Shown here: positions 7,384-17,541 of the stretch, in pieces
Position numbering within the stretch: position 1 is the stretch's first letter
Layout of the letters: every line of letters begins with the position of its first letter
Source of the DNA: a virus
Lineage: Duplodnaviria > Caudoviricetes
Length of the DNA stretch: 27,684 bases
IMG/VR virus record: IMGVR_UViG_3300044723_004131
Span: 1 to 27,684 of that record
Reading direction: 5' to 3' (one strand)
Notes under the pieces: model-generated
What the model was told of the DNA's origin: nothing
The model's database searches: none
The model's input: only the letters and a program-made list of their open reading frames with translations
Made by a program: the position numbers and the translations under genes

Positions 7384-9620
7384 TGGCCACAGATAAAAAA
7401 ATATCTACATTAGTCCAATCTCAGCTTCCCCAGTATCTGACTGAAGAGGGACCAAACCTAGTTGCGTTCTTAAAGGCCTACTATGAGTGGATGGAGACTA
7501 CCGGGCAGGCTACAGACGCGTCCAAAAATCTTTTAGTAAACCGAGACATAGACACAACTGATCTCAATAAGTTCTATGAGTTTTTTAGAAGAGAGGTAAT
7601 GTCTCAGTTTCCAAACGCTATGCTTGCGGACAAGAGACTAGTTGCAAAGCGAATAAAGGATTTGTATCTTACTAAGGGTACAGCATCGGCGTATAGACTA
7701 CTGTTTAGGATATTGTTTAACGAAGACGTTGTCGTTTATGATCCTAAAGAAAACATACTTAGAGCTTCCGATGGCCGGTGGAGAAAGGACACACTTTTAA
7801 GATTGGGCGCGCCATTTACCGGCAGCATTGATCAAATAGTGTCATTGATGGTCACGGGTCAATCTTCGGGCGCAACGGGTAGAGTTGTCGAAGCTCTGAC
7901 TGTGTTTGAGAGCGGAGTTGAAGTAAAAGAATTAAGACTTACAGAAGTAACCGGTACCTTTTTAGACTTTGAAACCGTTGCAACTACTACTGGTATAAGT
8001 GGTGTGGTAAACAACACTGTAGGTCCCCTGCAAAAAGTTGCAATAGGTAATGCTGGTACGTCGGGCGGAACAGGACATCAGGTTGGCGACTTAGTCGATC
8101 TTACTAGTGAAAGAGGTAGTGGCGCCAAAGGAGTAGTAACGCAAACTTCAGATGAAGTTGTAACCTTTGTGGTCGTAGATGGAGGTAGTGGTTTTACCGT
8201 AGGCTCGACCGTACTAACTGTTTCCGGAGGTTCGCCGGCGGCTAACGATGTAATAGGATCAGCTACTGTAGCCACTATTACTAACTCAGAAACATTGACA
8301 GCATTCACCGATCAAATATCCGGATTAAAGGACACGCCGATTGATCATGGCTTAACTTATAGTTCTAATTCTGGAATTATAAGTTCTAACCTCGCTTCTT
8401 CAAACGCTTACACATCGCTTGGTTCGGCATTAGGAACGTTGGAAGTTACTGCTGGGGCTATCGAAACTCTTAACGTAACTGTAGGAAACTATATTGACAA
8501 CCTGCCAGTGATAAGAGCAAACGATACGCGTATAGCTCCGCTAGAGCTACCAGATGGGTCTGGCGGGATCAAAGGTAGAAACGCTGTACTTGCAGCGCAG
8601 TTTACTTCTGGCTCTCTTAAAGAAATAAACGTGACTAACTCAGGAACAGGGTATAACGCTACCTTCTCGGTGAATATTATAAATCAAACTAGAACAGGTA
8701 CCGTATCTGGTAAAGGCGCTCCTGTGGTTACAGGTGTAATTAGTGATATTGGTGGATATACAAGTACCAAAGGTTTTCTTTCCTGGGACCAACGTCTTAG
8801 AGACAACTACTATTATCAAGAGTATAGCTATCTTTTAAAGTCCAAAAAAACACTCAAAGCATATAGAGACGTTGTAAAGCAAGTACTACACCCAGCTGGT
8901 ACGAAGCTATTTGGCCAAGTAGAATTCACCGATACCATTGATCTTACAGGCGTGGCGGTTGAACAATTTCTCAGCTTGGATCTTATTGGTGGTAAGAGTG
9001 GCGTACCAAGCATTCAGTCCACTACTTCGTTTGGTACCCCAGCTGCGTTTTATGAAATTAATGTACCGTCTATATCTCAAACTGCGTTCGGTACAATATC
9101 TATAGGAACATTTGTAACTCCACCATCTATAACCTCTACGGCCGTAGTATCTTCCAACTTTATATTGGAATTTAACCCAACCATCGAGAACGGCATAGCA
9201 TCAACACTGTCCTTTGGAAGCAGCTTAGTGTCTGGAGAGATAAATGGAATTAGCTCTATACAAAGCGCTGAGGTATTCTCTACAGATGCTATTGTTTATC
9301 TAAATGGTGGTTACGTATATGTTTCTAATAACAACATTATAGGAAGCTACTTGACTCATACTGTTGAAGACCATTTGACTGACCCAGTACAACTTGGCAC
9401 ACCGGTAGTAGTTCACGGTGATGGAACATCAGACTTCAGCACCATAGTTGTAAGCGGAAGCGAGATAGAAATTGAAGACGTTGTTCCAGGCACAGAGGCT
9501 AACACGACCTATATAGTAGATAACATTTACAGCAACACCACACTTACTTTAACTACTGATTTCGCTGGCCAGAATATGGCTAACGGTATATTAAGATACA
9601 CTTACGACGGTAACATCTAA
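7383..9620 (+). CDS. gp7: Baseplate wedge initiator gp7-like
   Basis: 'FLKAYYEWME', 'IKDLYLTKGTASAYRLLFRILFNE...ILRASDGRW', 'DNYYYQEYSYLLKS...VKQVLHPAGTKLFG'. Located between gp6 and gp8. Confidence 0.85.
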   Translation: MATDKKISTLVQSQLPQYLTEEGPNLVAFLKAYYEWMETTGQATDASKNLLVNRDIDTTDLNKFYEFFRREVMSQFPNAMLADKRLVAKRIKDLYLTKGTASAYRLLFRILFNEDVVVYDPKENILRASDGRWRKDTLLRLGAPFTGSIDQIVSLMVTGQSSGATGRVVEALTVFESGVEVKELRLTEVTGTFLDFETVATTTGISGVVNNTVGPLQKVAIGNAGTSGGTGHQVGDLVDLTSERGSGAKGVVTQTSDEVVTFVVVDGGSGFTVGSTVLTVSGGSPAANDVIGSATVATITNSETLTAFTDQISGLKDTPIDHGLTYSSNSGIISSNLASSNAYTSLGSALGTLEVTAGAIETLNVTVGNYIDNLPVIRANDTRIAPLELPDGSGGIKGRNAVLAAQFTSGSLKEINVTNSGTGYNATFSVNIINQTRTGTVSGKGAPVVTGVISDIGGYTSTKGFLSWDQRLRDNYYYQEYSYLLKSKKTLKAYRDVVKQVLHPAGTKLFGQVEFTDTIDLTGVAVEQFLSLDLIGGKSGVPSIQSTTSFGTPAAFYEINVPSISQTAFGTISIGTFVTPPSITSTAVVSSNFILEFNPTIENGIASTLSFGSSLVSGEINGISSIQSAEVFSTDAIVYLNGGYVYVSNNNIIGSYLTHTVEDHLTDPVQLGTPVVVHGDGTSDFSTIVVSGSEIEIEDVVPGTEANTTYIVDNIYSNTTLTLTTDFAGQNMANGILRYTYDGNI

Positions 9621-9621
9621 C

Positions 9622-11157
9622 ATGGCAACCATAGTTAGTAAAAAATTTAACGTACATATTGCCCAGCAGTTCAGAGAGAGTTTCGATGAAGCGGATCCCT
9701 CTCAGCTGTACTTGTTTTACTCGAAGGTAACGCCGTGGGATGACGAAAGCATCCCAGGTAATCTTTTTGATACTATTAAGTACACCGATTATGACATATG
9801 GAGAGGAATGCTTTCGTTTAAGAAAGTGTCTAACAATAGCGTAACTCTTTCCGTAGATAAAAATTTGTGGTCAACTAACACAGTATACACAATGTATACC
9901 GATAATGATCCAAGTCTCTCAAGTCAGAAGTTTTTTGTATTTACAAGCAATAACAATGTTTATAAATGCTTGTTTAATAATGGGGGGGCCCCTAGCACAG
10001 TATCCCCTTCGGGACAATCGACATCTGTAATTACGACTGGAGATGGTTACAAGTGGAAGTTTATGTACAACGTGTCATCGGCTGACTATGCAAGATATGG
10101 TGGCCTCAATCACCTGCCTGTAAAGACGCTTACTATAGACAGTGGGGAACCCCAATGGGATGTGCAACAAAATGCTGCTAATGGCGCTGTAGAAATCTAC
10201 TCAGTCACAGCTGGAGGCAGTGGTTACCTAGAAAACAAAGGCACGGTTACTGGTGTAATTAGTACCACAAAAATTAATATAGCTAGTAGCGGTAGCAATG
10301 TAGACAATTCTTATGCCAATTCGTCGTTTTATATTTCCGGAGGATTAGGTACTGGTCAGACGAGACGCATCAGTGCTTACAATGCTGTAACGAAAGAAGT
10401 GACTCTTGCAAGTGCGCTATTAGTTTCACCTAATACTTCTAGCACGTATCATATTGGACCGACAATAAATATAGAAGGCGATGGTGTGGGGGCTACGGCT
10501 TACGCTAACGTATCATCCGGGGCGATCTCAAAAATAACTCCTGTTAATATAGGCAGAGACTATTCGTACGTAAGGCCTACCATTGTTGCTAATCCAGCAT
10601 ATGGTAGCGGTGCAACGGCAGTTGCCTATTTACCGCCTTTTGGAGGACACGGATCAGATCCAGAAAGAGAGTTGTTTGCAACTAACGTAACGCTTAACGT
10701 AATCGTCGATGGGGGTGAGGAAGGCGCGTTTGCTGCTAACAACCAGTTTAGGGTCTATGGAATTATAAAGGATCCAGTATTAAAGTCTGGTAATGCAGCC
10801 ACTGGATTAAAATATAATCAGGCTCTCAGGCTTTCAGTTGATTCGAAGACCGGCACTTATTTCCAGGATGAATTTATAACAGGAAACACTTCTGGTGCTA
10901 AGGGCAGGGTAATATATTTTCATGCAGGTAATTCAGCCGAAACTTTAGGTACTTTACATTTAACATATGTGTCTGGTACATTTTCTAATACGGAAACTAT
11001 CACAGCTAACACTTCGGGCGTTACAGCTAGTATAACGGGTATAACACAACCAGACATGCAGCCATATACTGGTAGCGTTTTGTACGCAGTTACGACAACA
11101 CCAATTGAAAAGGACATAGCGCAAAAAGAAAATTTTACCATTACGGTAAGGTTTTAA
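9622..11157 (+). CDS. gp8: Baseplate wedge subunit gp8
   Basis: 'NVYKCLFNNGG...TGDGYKWKFMY', 'PPFGGHGSDPERELFA', 'FRVYGIIKDP', C-terminal 'QKENFTITVRF'. Confidence 0.92.
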   Translation: MATIVSKKFNVHIAQQFRESFDEADPSQLYLFYSKVTPWDDESIPGNLFDTIKYTDYDIWRGMLSFKKVSNNSVTLSVDKNLWSTNTVYTMYTDNDPSLSSQKFFVFTSNNNVYKCLFNNGGAPSTVSPSGQSTSVITTGDGYKWKFMYNVSSADYARYGGLNHLPVKTLTIDSGEPQWDVQQNAANGAVEIYSVTAGGSGYLENKGTVTGVISTTKINIASSGSNVDNSYANSSFYISGGLGTGQTRRISAYNAVTKEVTLASALLVSPNTSSTYHIGPTINIEGDGVGATAYANVSSGAISKITPVNIGRDYSYVRPTIVANPAYGSGATAVAYLPPFGGHGSDPERELFATNVTLNVIVDGGEEGAFAANNQFRVYGIIKDPVLKSGNAATGLKYNQALRLSVDSKTGTYFQDEFITGNTSGAKGRVIYFHAGNSAETLGTLHLTYVSGTFSNTETITANTSGVTASITGITQPDMQPYTGSVLYAVTTTPIEKDIAQKENFTITVRF

Positions 11158-11169
11158 TAGGAGAACCAA

Positions 11170-14100
11170 ATGTCGTTAGAAACAGATTTCAATCAGTCTC
11201 CTTACTTCGATGACTACAAAGCCGTAGCCGAAGATAAGGACTACCATCGTATTCTGTTTAGACCAGGCCTTGCTGTTCAAGCTAGAGAGCTTACTCAAGT
11301 TCAATCTATACTACAGGAACAGGTTAAAAGGGTTGGCGACAATTTATATGAAGAAGGCACTATTATTGAAGGGTGCGCTTTCCAGTATGATGCTAACGTA
11401 GCTTTTGTGAGATTGCAGGACCGTGATAGGGGCGGTAATACTGTAAACGTATCTGTATTTGCTAACGGTATTGTACAAGGACTTACGTCTGGTGTCCGAG
11501 CCAAGGTGTTGGCAGTAAAGGCCGGATCTCAAGCACAGTCTCCGGCTACCAACGTATTAATGGTAAGGTACATTGATGGCGGTACTTCTAGAGTAAACAA
11601 GACTTTTAGCTTGAACGAAGAACTGTCTTATCTGGTGGCAGATGGTGGTAATTGTCAGCTTGCTAATACCATGCCGGCTAGTGCTTTTGGGTTTGGGTCT
11701 ATATTTGCTATTGGTGCTGGTATAATCTATGGTAAAGGGCATCTAGTAAGGGTAAGAGCTCAAAACATGATCCTAGAGCCTTTCTCTACCGAGCCTACCT
11801 ATCAGCTTGGATTTAAGATAAACGAAACCATTGTCGATAACACTACTGACAACACTTTGTTAGACAATGCTCTAGGTTCGTACAACTATACAGCTCCTGG
11901 AGCAAGCCGATTAAAACTTACTGCAAATTTAGTAAAGAGAGTTCCCGGCGTAGCTAACACCGAGTCGTTTACTTCCCTATTTGAAGTCACCGAAGGATTA
12001 GTTACTAAGATTAAGCCATTTACAGTTTACGATGAGCTGGACAGGCAGATGGCTAACAGGACATACGAAGAGTCCGGTAACTATATTGTAGAGCCAATTA
12101 ATACGATTGTAAAAGAGCATCTTGATACTTCGGGTAACTATGGCCGCTATACACAGGCTGAGGGCGGTAATAAGAATAAACTAGCCGTCGGTATTGAGCC
12201 TGGTGTAGCTTATGTGATGGGTTACAGAAACGAAGTATTAAACACTGAATGGGTTAGTATTAACAAAGCTACCACTACTAATCAGGAAAGTGGTGTTGCG
12301 GTTACTACAAACTATGGCAATTATGTAGATGCTGTAGAAGTAGTCGGACCATGGGACCCCACTACCTATCAGACTGTATCCTTGCGCAGTGCTAAAGCAA
12401 GTGCTATAACCGGTGGTGAGTTTGGGCTTCATGTAGCCCCTGGTTCTGAGCTTGGCACGGCTAAAATAAGATTTGTGGATTACGTTTCTGGGACTTCGGG
12501 CAAGTCAGACGGCAAGTATCGCTTTTATCTATTTGATGTGCAAATGACTAGTGGAGAGTTTTCACAGGTTCAAGGCCTGTACATCAACAATGCTACTGGA
12601 CCGGATAGTCACGCTGACTTGGTGAGTGCAGCTCCTACTTTACAGGAACCTTTGTTTAACCGTAATCTGTACGACACCGGTCTCAAAGCAGTGCAGCAGC
12701 TTACTAATAGCTCTAATACTATTAACACAACCTTTCCATTTAGAGACAAAGCCTCTGTTACTTTTAACACCGGAGGTACAGCTACATTAAGCATGAGTGG
12801 CGCACACGCCGGCGGCGATGAAGAGCTTAATTACGGTGTTGGCCTGTTAAACGATTCGCAGAAAGCCGAATTCCAAATCGTAGTTAATGCTGATGCAGAA
12901 ACGGCTAACTACGCTGAAACTGTAACTGTCTCTAGTAACACATTAACTTTGTCGACATCAATTAATCATATCGTTGCAGGCGACTTTATAAAAGTTACAG
13001 ATGGAAGCTCGATTAGTGCTTTGTTAAAAGTTGTAAGTGCTTCAGGTAACCAAATTGTAACTGATCCAGCGTCTAGCGTAACAGGTGGCGGAAATTTTTA
13101 TTTTAAAGTGTATCCTGCAGGGTCTATCATTGATATGCAAGGTAATGGTACTTCCGCAGGTACTCTTACCGAAAGAACTATTAATGTACAAACTGCATTA
13201 AGTGCCCTGCTTAATATTCAAGAGACTATAAAGAATAGTGTAACAGCCACAGTATTATTTAATGCTAAGAGAGAAAATGCGGCCGGTGCATCAAAGATTG
13301 TTCGAAGAAATAGATTTGTTAAACTTGATCTAAGTTCGCATACTGCTGGTACTTCTGGACCGTGGACTTTAGGTTTTGCAGATGTGTTTAACGTCCGCAA
13401 CGTATACGTTGGAAGCGATTACTCGATTACCAATCGTAAAATAACTGATGAGTTTAAATTAATTAAAAACAGCAACGACAACTTTTACGGTCAGTCTAAG
13501 CTAGCTATTTCTGAAGCTAGCACACTTACTTTGTTGTCAACCGATAGATTGTTGGTCGAGTTTGATTATTTTGAACACAGTCGATCTGGAGGAATTGGTT
13601 TCTTCTCAGTTGATTCGTATTCAATTGATCCTAACGAATCCACTACCAATGCGACATCAATTGCAACTGCGCAAATTCCACTATACGACTCAACAAGCAG
13701 CGGTGTAACCTACGACTTGCGCAACACGATTGACTTTAGACCAAGACATGGATCCAGTGCTAATGACGCTATCATAGTTTCTACAGCGACTACTAATCCA
13801 GCATCTAACACAACGTTTGACATTGACAGCGACGGTTCTTATGTGCCTGTGGTTAATAAAAACTTTACTAGTGACATGATGTATTATTTGCCAAGGCGGG
13901 ATAGAGTAGTACTGGGTAAAGACGGTAAAAAGAAAGTTGTACAGGGCATACCGTCTCAAAACCCTATTACACCAGATGCTCCAGCAGAGACAATGTCATT
14001 GTCTACACTAGACGTTCCTGCTTACCCATCCTTGTCTCTTGAAAACGCTCAGGTGCTCGGCCGCGTTGATCAAGCAGTAAGGATAAAGCCTACTATACTT

Positions 14101-17100
14101 AAACGCTTTACCATGAGCGACATTAAGGGCATACAAGAAAGGGTAGACAGACTTGAATACTACACGTCTCTTAATGTGTTGGAGAAATCAGCTTCGCAAC
14201 TTAAAATCCCAGATTCATCAGGTTTAGATCGATTTAAGAATGGTATTTTTGTCGATTCTTTTTTTGGCCATGATGCGGCCGACTTAACTGATCCTGCGTA
14301 TGCTGCGTCTATTGATACTGAGAAAGGGGAACTAAGGCCTAGTTTTGAGGTACAAAATATTGATCACACTTTTACATTAGGTAGCAATACTGTACGTAAA
14401 GGGCCTCATACAAGATTAGACATGAGCAGTCTTTCTGTAGCAGATGGATTTCAAGTAGGTGACATAATATACCAAGGAGCTTCTCTTGGTGCAGCTACTG
14501 CAATAGGTACTGTAAGGCACGTGGCATTATTTAATGGTCTGGCGGCCGCCACGCCTTTAGCCTCTAGAGTGTATCTGCACAGCGTGACAGGCTCGTTTGC
14601 AGCATCCACAACTGTTACTAACAGCACTAGGGGTACTACAGCTACTGCGTCCACAGTACTGGATTCTGTCGCTGGTGATCTGGCTACGTTAAAGTTTAAT
14701 CACACCAAGTATATTAGTCAGCCTTTTGCGTCAAATAAAACTAACCTGGTTGATCAATTAATTTTTAATTGGGTTGGTGAGGTAGATCTTTCACCTAATC
14801 ACGATCACTGGGTCAGCACAACAACTGCTCCGGACTACTACAGCCCAGTTACAGTTGACGATTCGTGGAAAAATGTTACTACAGCCTGGAATAGTGATTG
14901 GAGTAATTGGGATAAGTTCGGTAAGAATAAGACTAAAACGGTAAGTGGTATAGATCCAACCTTTGGTTACGACTCAACTAGCAGCGTATTGTCTACTAAT
15001 ACTGATGAAAAGATTCTAAAAGGCACGAGGGATGGGGTGTACCCTAGCTCGTTTAGGGACAACGTCATACCTTATATAAGGTCACAGAAGCTACTAGTAA
15101 CAGCAACGGGGATGAAACCTAACACTAGGATATACGCTTTCTTTGACGGTATAAACGTGACTAGCGAAATGCAGGAGTTAACCGTTTCAGGCGGGCGACC
15201 ACCAGCTATTCCAACTTTAGTTACGGACAGTCAGGGAAAATGGTCAGGTTACTTTATACTTCCAAACAACCAAAATCTAAAGTTTAGGACTGGTGTTCGA
15301 GAATTTGTATTGACTGATGCGACAACTCTTTTGGATAATACAAGATCTACTTCTGCCAGAACTACGTTTGTAGCTATTGGACAAACTAACTACACTGGAC
15401 GCGCAGGATCTATCTCAACTAGATCAGCCGATATTGTTACTGATGCAATTTCCACTGGATCGGTTACAACATCGACTTCTAGAAGTCCTAAGAATGCTAG
15501 CGCTACCATAGCTCAATCGTTCACTGTAGGCGACTTTGAGTTTAAAGATCTTAACATAAACGAGAATCCTTTTGGTGTTGGCGCAGATGGTGTGTTTGTA
15601 AGTGCGGTAGATTTATACTTTGCTAAGAAGAGCTCTACGTTCGGTGTTTCAGTTGAAATAAGAGAAGTAGAGAATGGAATGTTGACGGCAAGAAGAGTGC
15701 CGTTTGGGTATAAGCGTCTTGAACCAGGAGACGTTAACATTGACCTAGCGGCCGGCAAGTTAGCAACGCCTTTCTATTTTGATTCCCCGATATACTTGAG
15801 AGGTAATCAAGAGTACGCTATAGTCGTTAAGCCTGACGGGTCTTCCCCAGATTATCAGGTGTGGACAGCTACGTTAGGAGAGAAGGATGCTAGCGATAAA
15901 CCCGGTGAAAGAATAACCCAGCAACCGGCTGTTGGTGTGTTGTTTACTTCATCCAACGATAGCACATTCACGCCGCTTCAAAATCAAGATATGAAGTTTA
16001 ATCTTTGGAGAGCTTCTTTCGATAAGACAGTATCCGGGAGTGTTACTTACGTAAACGAAGCAGATGAGTTTTTAAATCTTAAACAGTTGGATGGCACTTA
16101 TCAAATAGGTGAGCCTCTTTTAGGCGAATCTATAATAAAAATGACGTCATTCTCTGGCAACACAATACCACTACGAGTCGGGGACAAAGTTACTTTTGGC
16201 TCTAACACAGGTATTGTGAGGCGTATAATACAAAACTCAAGCACTGCTACATTCAAGGCAGATATAAGCGGTACGTTCCCTAACGGATCAACGCTTACCT
16301 TTAATACTTCGTTAGGAAGTTTTACGGGGACTAGTAATACTCTTACCTCTAACTCTATCACAGGAACTGTACAGTTTTTTGATCGAGCTGGGGGAGTAAT
16401 GATTATTGATGGGTCAACTGGTAACGTAACTTCCAATACGACACCGTTTGACGGGTTCTATAGAGGCCAATATTCTAATGCGACGAGTCAAACAACTAGC
16501 GTTAGAGATCTGCCATATAATGTCTTAATACCTAAGTTTTCTTATGCTAGGTATATTGACAATGAAATTACATGGAGTGCTAAAACTACTTCTAATGCTT
16601 ACACCATAGCGTCATCGTTTACCAATATAGAGGCTTTAAACGACAACGTCTTTCTGGATGGAGAAAAGGTGCTGGCTGGTAGAACTTCGGAAATTACCAA
16701 CACGTCAGGAAGCAAAACGCTTTCGCTTAAAGCTACGTTCTCTTCCGACGTAGACAGAACTTCCCCGGTAATTGATCTTGGCGCACCGTCTTCGGTAGTT
16801 GTTGCACGCAACATTGTTAATAATGATAACGGGGCTGAGTATGGAAATTATGGTAACGCCAAGGCTCGCTACATTTCAAAGAAAGTAGTATTGGCGGATG
16901 GACAAGAGGCGGAAGACTTAAGAGTAATTCTTACTGCGTATAAGCCCTCTGGTACAGAACTTGACGTATACGCTAGATTCCAAAACGAAGAGGATAGCGA
17001 TCCGTTTAGTGACAAGCATTACACTAAGTTGACCCAGTCAACTAATACGCTAAGGACGTCTAGCCCTACTGTAGAGGATGATTACGTAGAGTACGAATAT

Positions 17101-17298
17101 CAAGTACCAACTAGCAACACAACTTCGCTAAGCGCTTATCTTGATGCTACTAGCAACAATGTTCTAAGATATAGCAATGATTCGGGGACAGTGTTTAGAT
17201 CATACAAGTCCTTTTCTCTAAAGATTGTAATGAGGGCGACTGGCTCCAATGTTGTGCCTAGAGTGAAGGACCTCAGAGCGATAGCGTTGCAGGTGTAG
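11170..17298 (+). CDS. Large virion structural protein, DUF4815/VrlC-like (baseplate periphery)
   Basis: 2042 aa. 'PYFDDY...YHRILFRPGLAVQARELTQVQSILQEQ', 'APGASRLK', 'RTYEESGNY', 'YYLPRRD', 'RLEYYTSLNVLE...DRFKNGIFVDSF', 'VPRVKDLRAIAL'. SD AGGAG at 11159-11163. Confidence 0.88.
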   Translation: MSLETDFNQSPYFDDYKAVAEDKDYHRILFRPGLAVQARELTQVQSILQEQVKRVGDNLYEEGTIIEGCAFQYDANVAFVRLQDRDRGGNTVNVSVFANGIVQGLTSGVRAKVLAVKAGSQAQSPATNVLMVRYIDGGTSRVNKTFSLNEELSYLVADGGNCQLANTMPASAFGFGSIFAIGAGIIYGKGHLVRVRAQNMILEPFSTEPTYQLGFKINETIVDNTTDNTLLDNALGSYNYTAPGASRLKLTANLVKRVPGVANTESFTSLFEVTEGLVTKIKPFTVYDELDRQMANRTYEESGNYIVEPINTIVKEHLDTSGNYGRYTQAEGGNKNKLAVGIEPGVAYVMGYRNEVLNTEWVSINKATTTNQESGVAVTTNYGNYVDAVEVVGPWDPTTYQTVSLRSAKASAITGGEFGLHVAPGSELGTAKIRFVDYVSGTSGKSDGKYRFYLFDVQMTSGEFSQVQGLYINNATGPDSHADLVSAAPTLQEPLFNRNLYDTGLKAVQQLTNSSNTINTTFPFRDKASVTFNTGGTATLSMSGAHAGGDEELNYGVGLLNDSQKAEFQIVVNADAETANYAETVTVSSNTLTLSTSINHIVAGDFIKVTDGSSISALLKVVSASGNQIVTDPASSVTGGGNFYFKVYPAGSIIDMQGNGTSAGTLTERTINVQTALSALLNIQETIKNSVTATVLFNAKRENAAGASKIVRRNRFVKLDLSSHTAGTSGPWTLGFADVFNVRNVYVGSDYSITNRKITDEFKLIKNSNDNFYGQSKLAISEASTLTLLSTDRLLVEFDYFEHSRSGGIGFFSVDSYSIDPNESTTNATSIATAQIPLYDSTSSGVTYDLRNTIDFRPRHGSSANDAIIVSTATTNPASNTTFDIDSDGSYVPVVNKNFTSDMMYYLPRRDRVVLGKDGKKKVVQGIPSQNPITPDAPAETMSLSTLDVPAYPSLSLENAQVLGRVDQAVRIKPTILKRFTMSDIKGIQERVDRLEYYTSLNVLEKSASQLKIPDSSGLDRFKNGIFVDSFFGHDAADLTDPAYAASIDTEKGELRPSFEVQNIDHTFTLGSNTVRKGPHTRLDMSSLSVADGFQVGDIIYQGASLGAATAIGTVRHVALFNGLAAATPLASRVYLHSVTGSFAASTTVTNSTRGTTATASTVLDSVAGDLATLKFNHTKYISQPFASNKTNLVDQLIFNWVGEVDLSPNHDHWVSTTTAPDYYSPVTVDDSWKNVTTAWNSDWSNWDKFGKNKTKTVSGIDPTFGYDSTSSVLSTNTDEKILKGTRDGVYPSSFRDNVIPYIRSQKLLVTATGMKPNTRIYAFFDGINVTSEMQELTVSGGRPPAIPTLVTDSQGKWSGYFILPNNQNLKFRTGVREFVLTDATTLLDNTRSTSARTTFVAIGQTNYTGRAGSISTRSADIVTDAISTGSVTTSTSRSPKNASATIAQSFTVGDFEFKDLNINENPFGVGADGVFVSAVDLYFAKKSSTFGVSVEIREVENGMLTARRVPFGYKRLEPGDVNIDLAAGKLATPFYFDSPIYLRGNQEYAIVVKPDGSSPDYQVWTATLGEKDASDKPGERITQQPAVGVLFTSSNDSTFTPLQNQDMKFNLWRASFDKTVSGSVTYVNEADEFLNLKQLDGTYQIGEPLLGESIIKMTSFSGNTIPLRVGDKVTFGSNTGIVRRIIQNSSTATFKADISGTFPNGSTLTFNTSLGSFTGTSNTLTSNSITGTVQFFDRAGGVMIIDGSTGNVTSNTTPFDGFYRGQYSNATSQTTSVRDLPYNVLIPKFSYARYIDNEITWSAKTTSNAYTIASSFTNIEALNDNVFLDGEKVLAGRTSEITNTSGSKTLSLKATFSSDVDRTSPVIDLGAPSSVVVARNIVNNDNGAEYGNYGNAKARYISKKVVLADGQEAEDLRVILTAYKPSGTELDVYARFQNEEDSDPFSDKHYTKLTQSTNTLRTSSPTVEDDYVEYEYQVPTSNTTSLSAYLDATSNNVLRYSNDSGTVFRSYKSFSLKIVMRATGSNVVPRVKDLRAIALQV

Positions 17299-17299
17299 T

Positions 17300-17521
17300 A
17301 TGAAAGTGCAAGTAGAAGGTCGACCAGACTTAGTAAGAGATATGAAATCCGGCGCCGTACTAAACGTCGACAACAGAGGTTTGGAGGCGTACAAAAAAAC
17401 GCGTGATAAATCCCAACTAGTTGATCGAGTCATTGATGAAAACGAAAAAATGAAAAGGCAAATTGAATCTATAGAAAACAAGTTAGATTACATGCTGCAG
17501 TTATTAAACAACAATAAATAG
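17300..17521 (+). CDS. Small conserved T4-like protein with C-terminal coiled coil
   Basis: 'KVQVEGRPDLVRDMKSGAVLNVD...YKK' followed by heptads. This type of ORF commonly follows DUF4815 genes in T4-like phages (recalled, not searched). Confidence 0.75.
   Translation: MKVQVEGRPDLVRDMKSGAVLNVDNRGLEAYKKTRDKSQLVDRVIDENEKMKRQIESIENKLDYMLQLLNNNK
17513..17520 (+). promoter_or_regulatory. Putative T4-type late promoter (AATAAATA)
   Basis: NATAAATA about 21 nt upstream of the ATG at 17542, followed by SD GAGGT. Confidence 0.6.
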
Positions 17522-17541
17522 TACAGAACTCAGAGGTACTA

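Noticed and set aside
6521-9988. G7 tracts in gp6 (6521) and gp8 (9982) as phase-variation sites
   Set aside because: They are short, encode Gly-Gly in essential genes, and the frames are intact.
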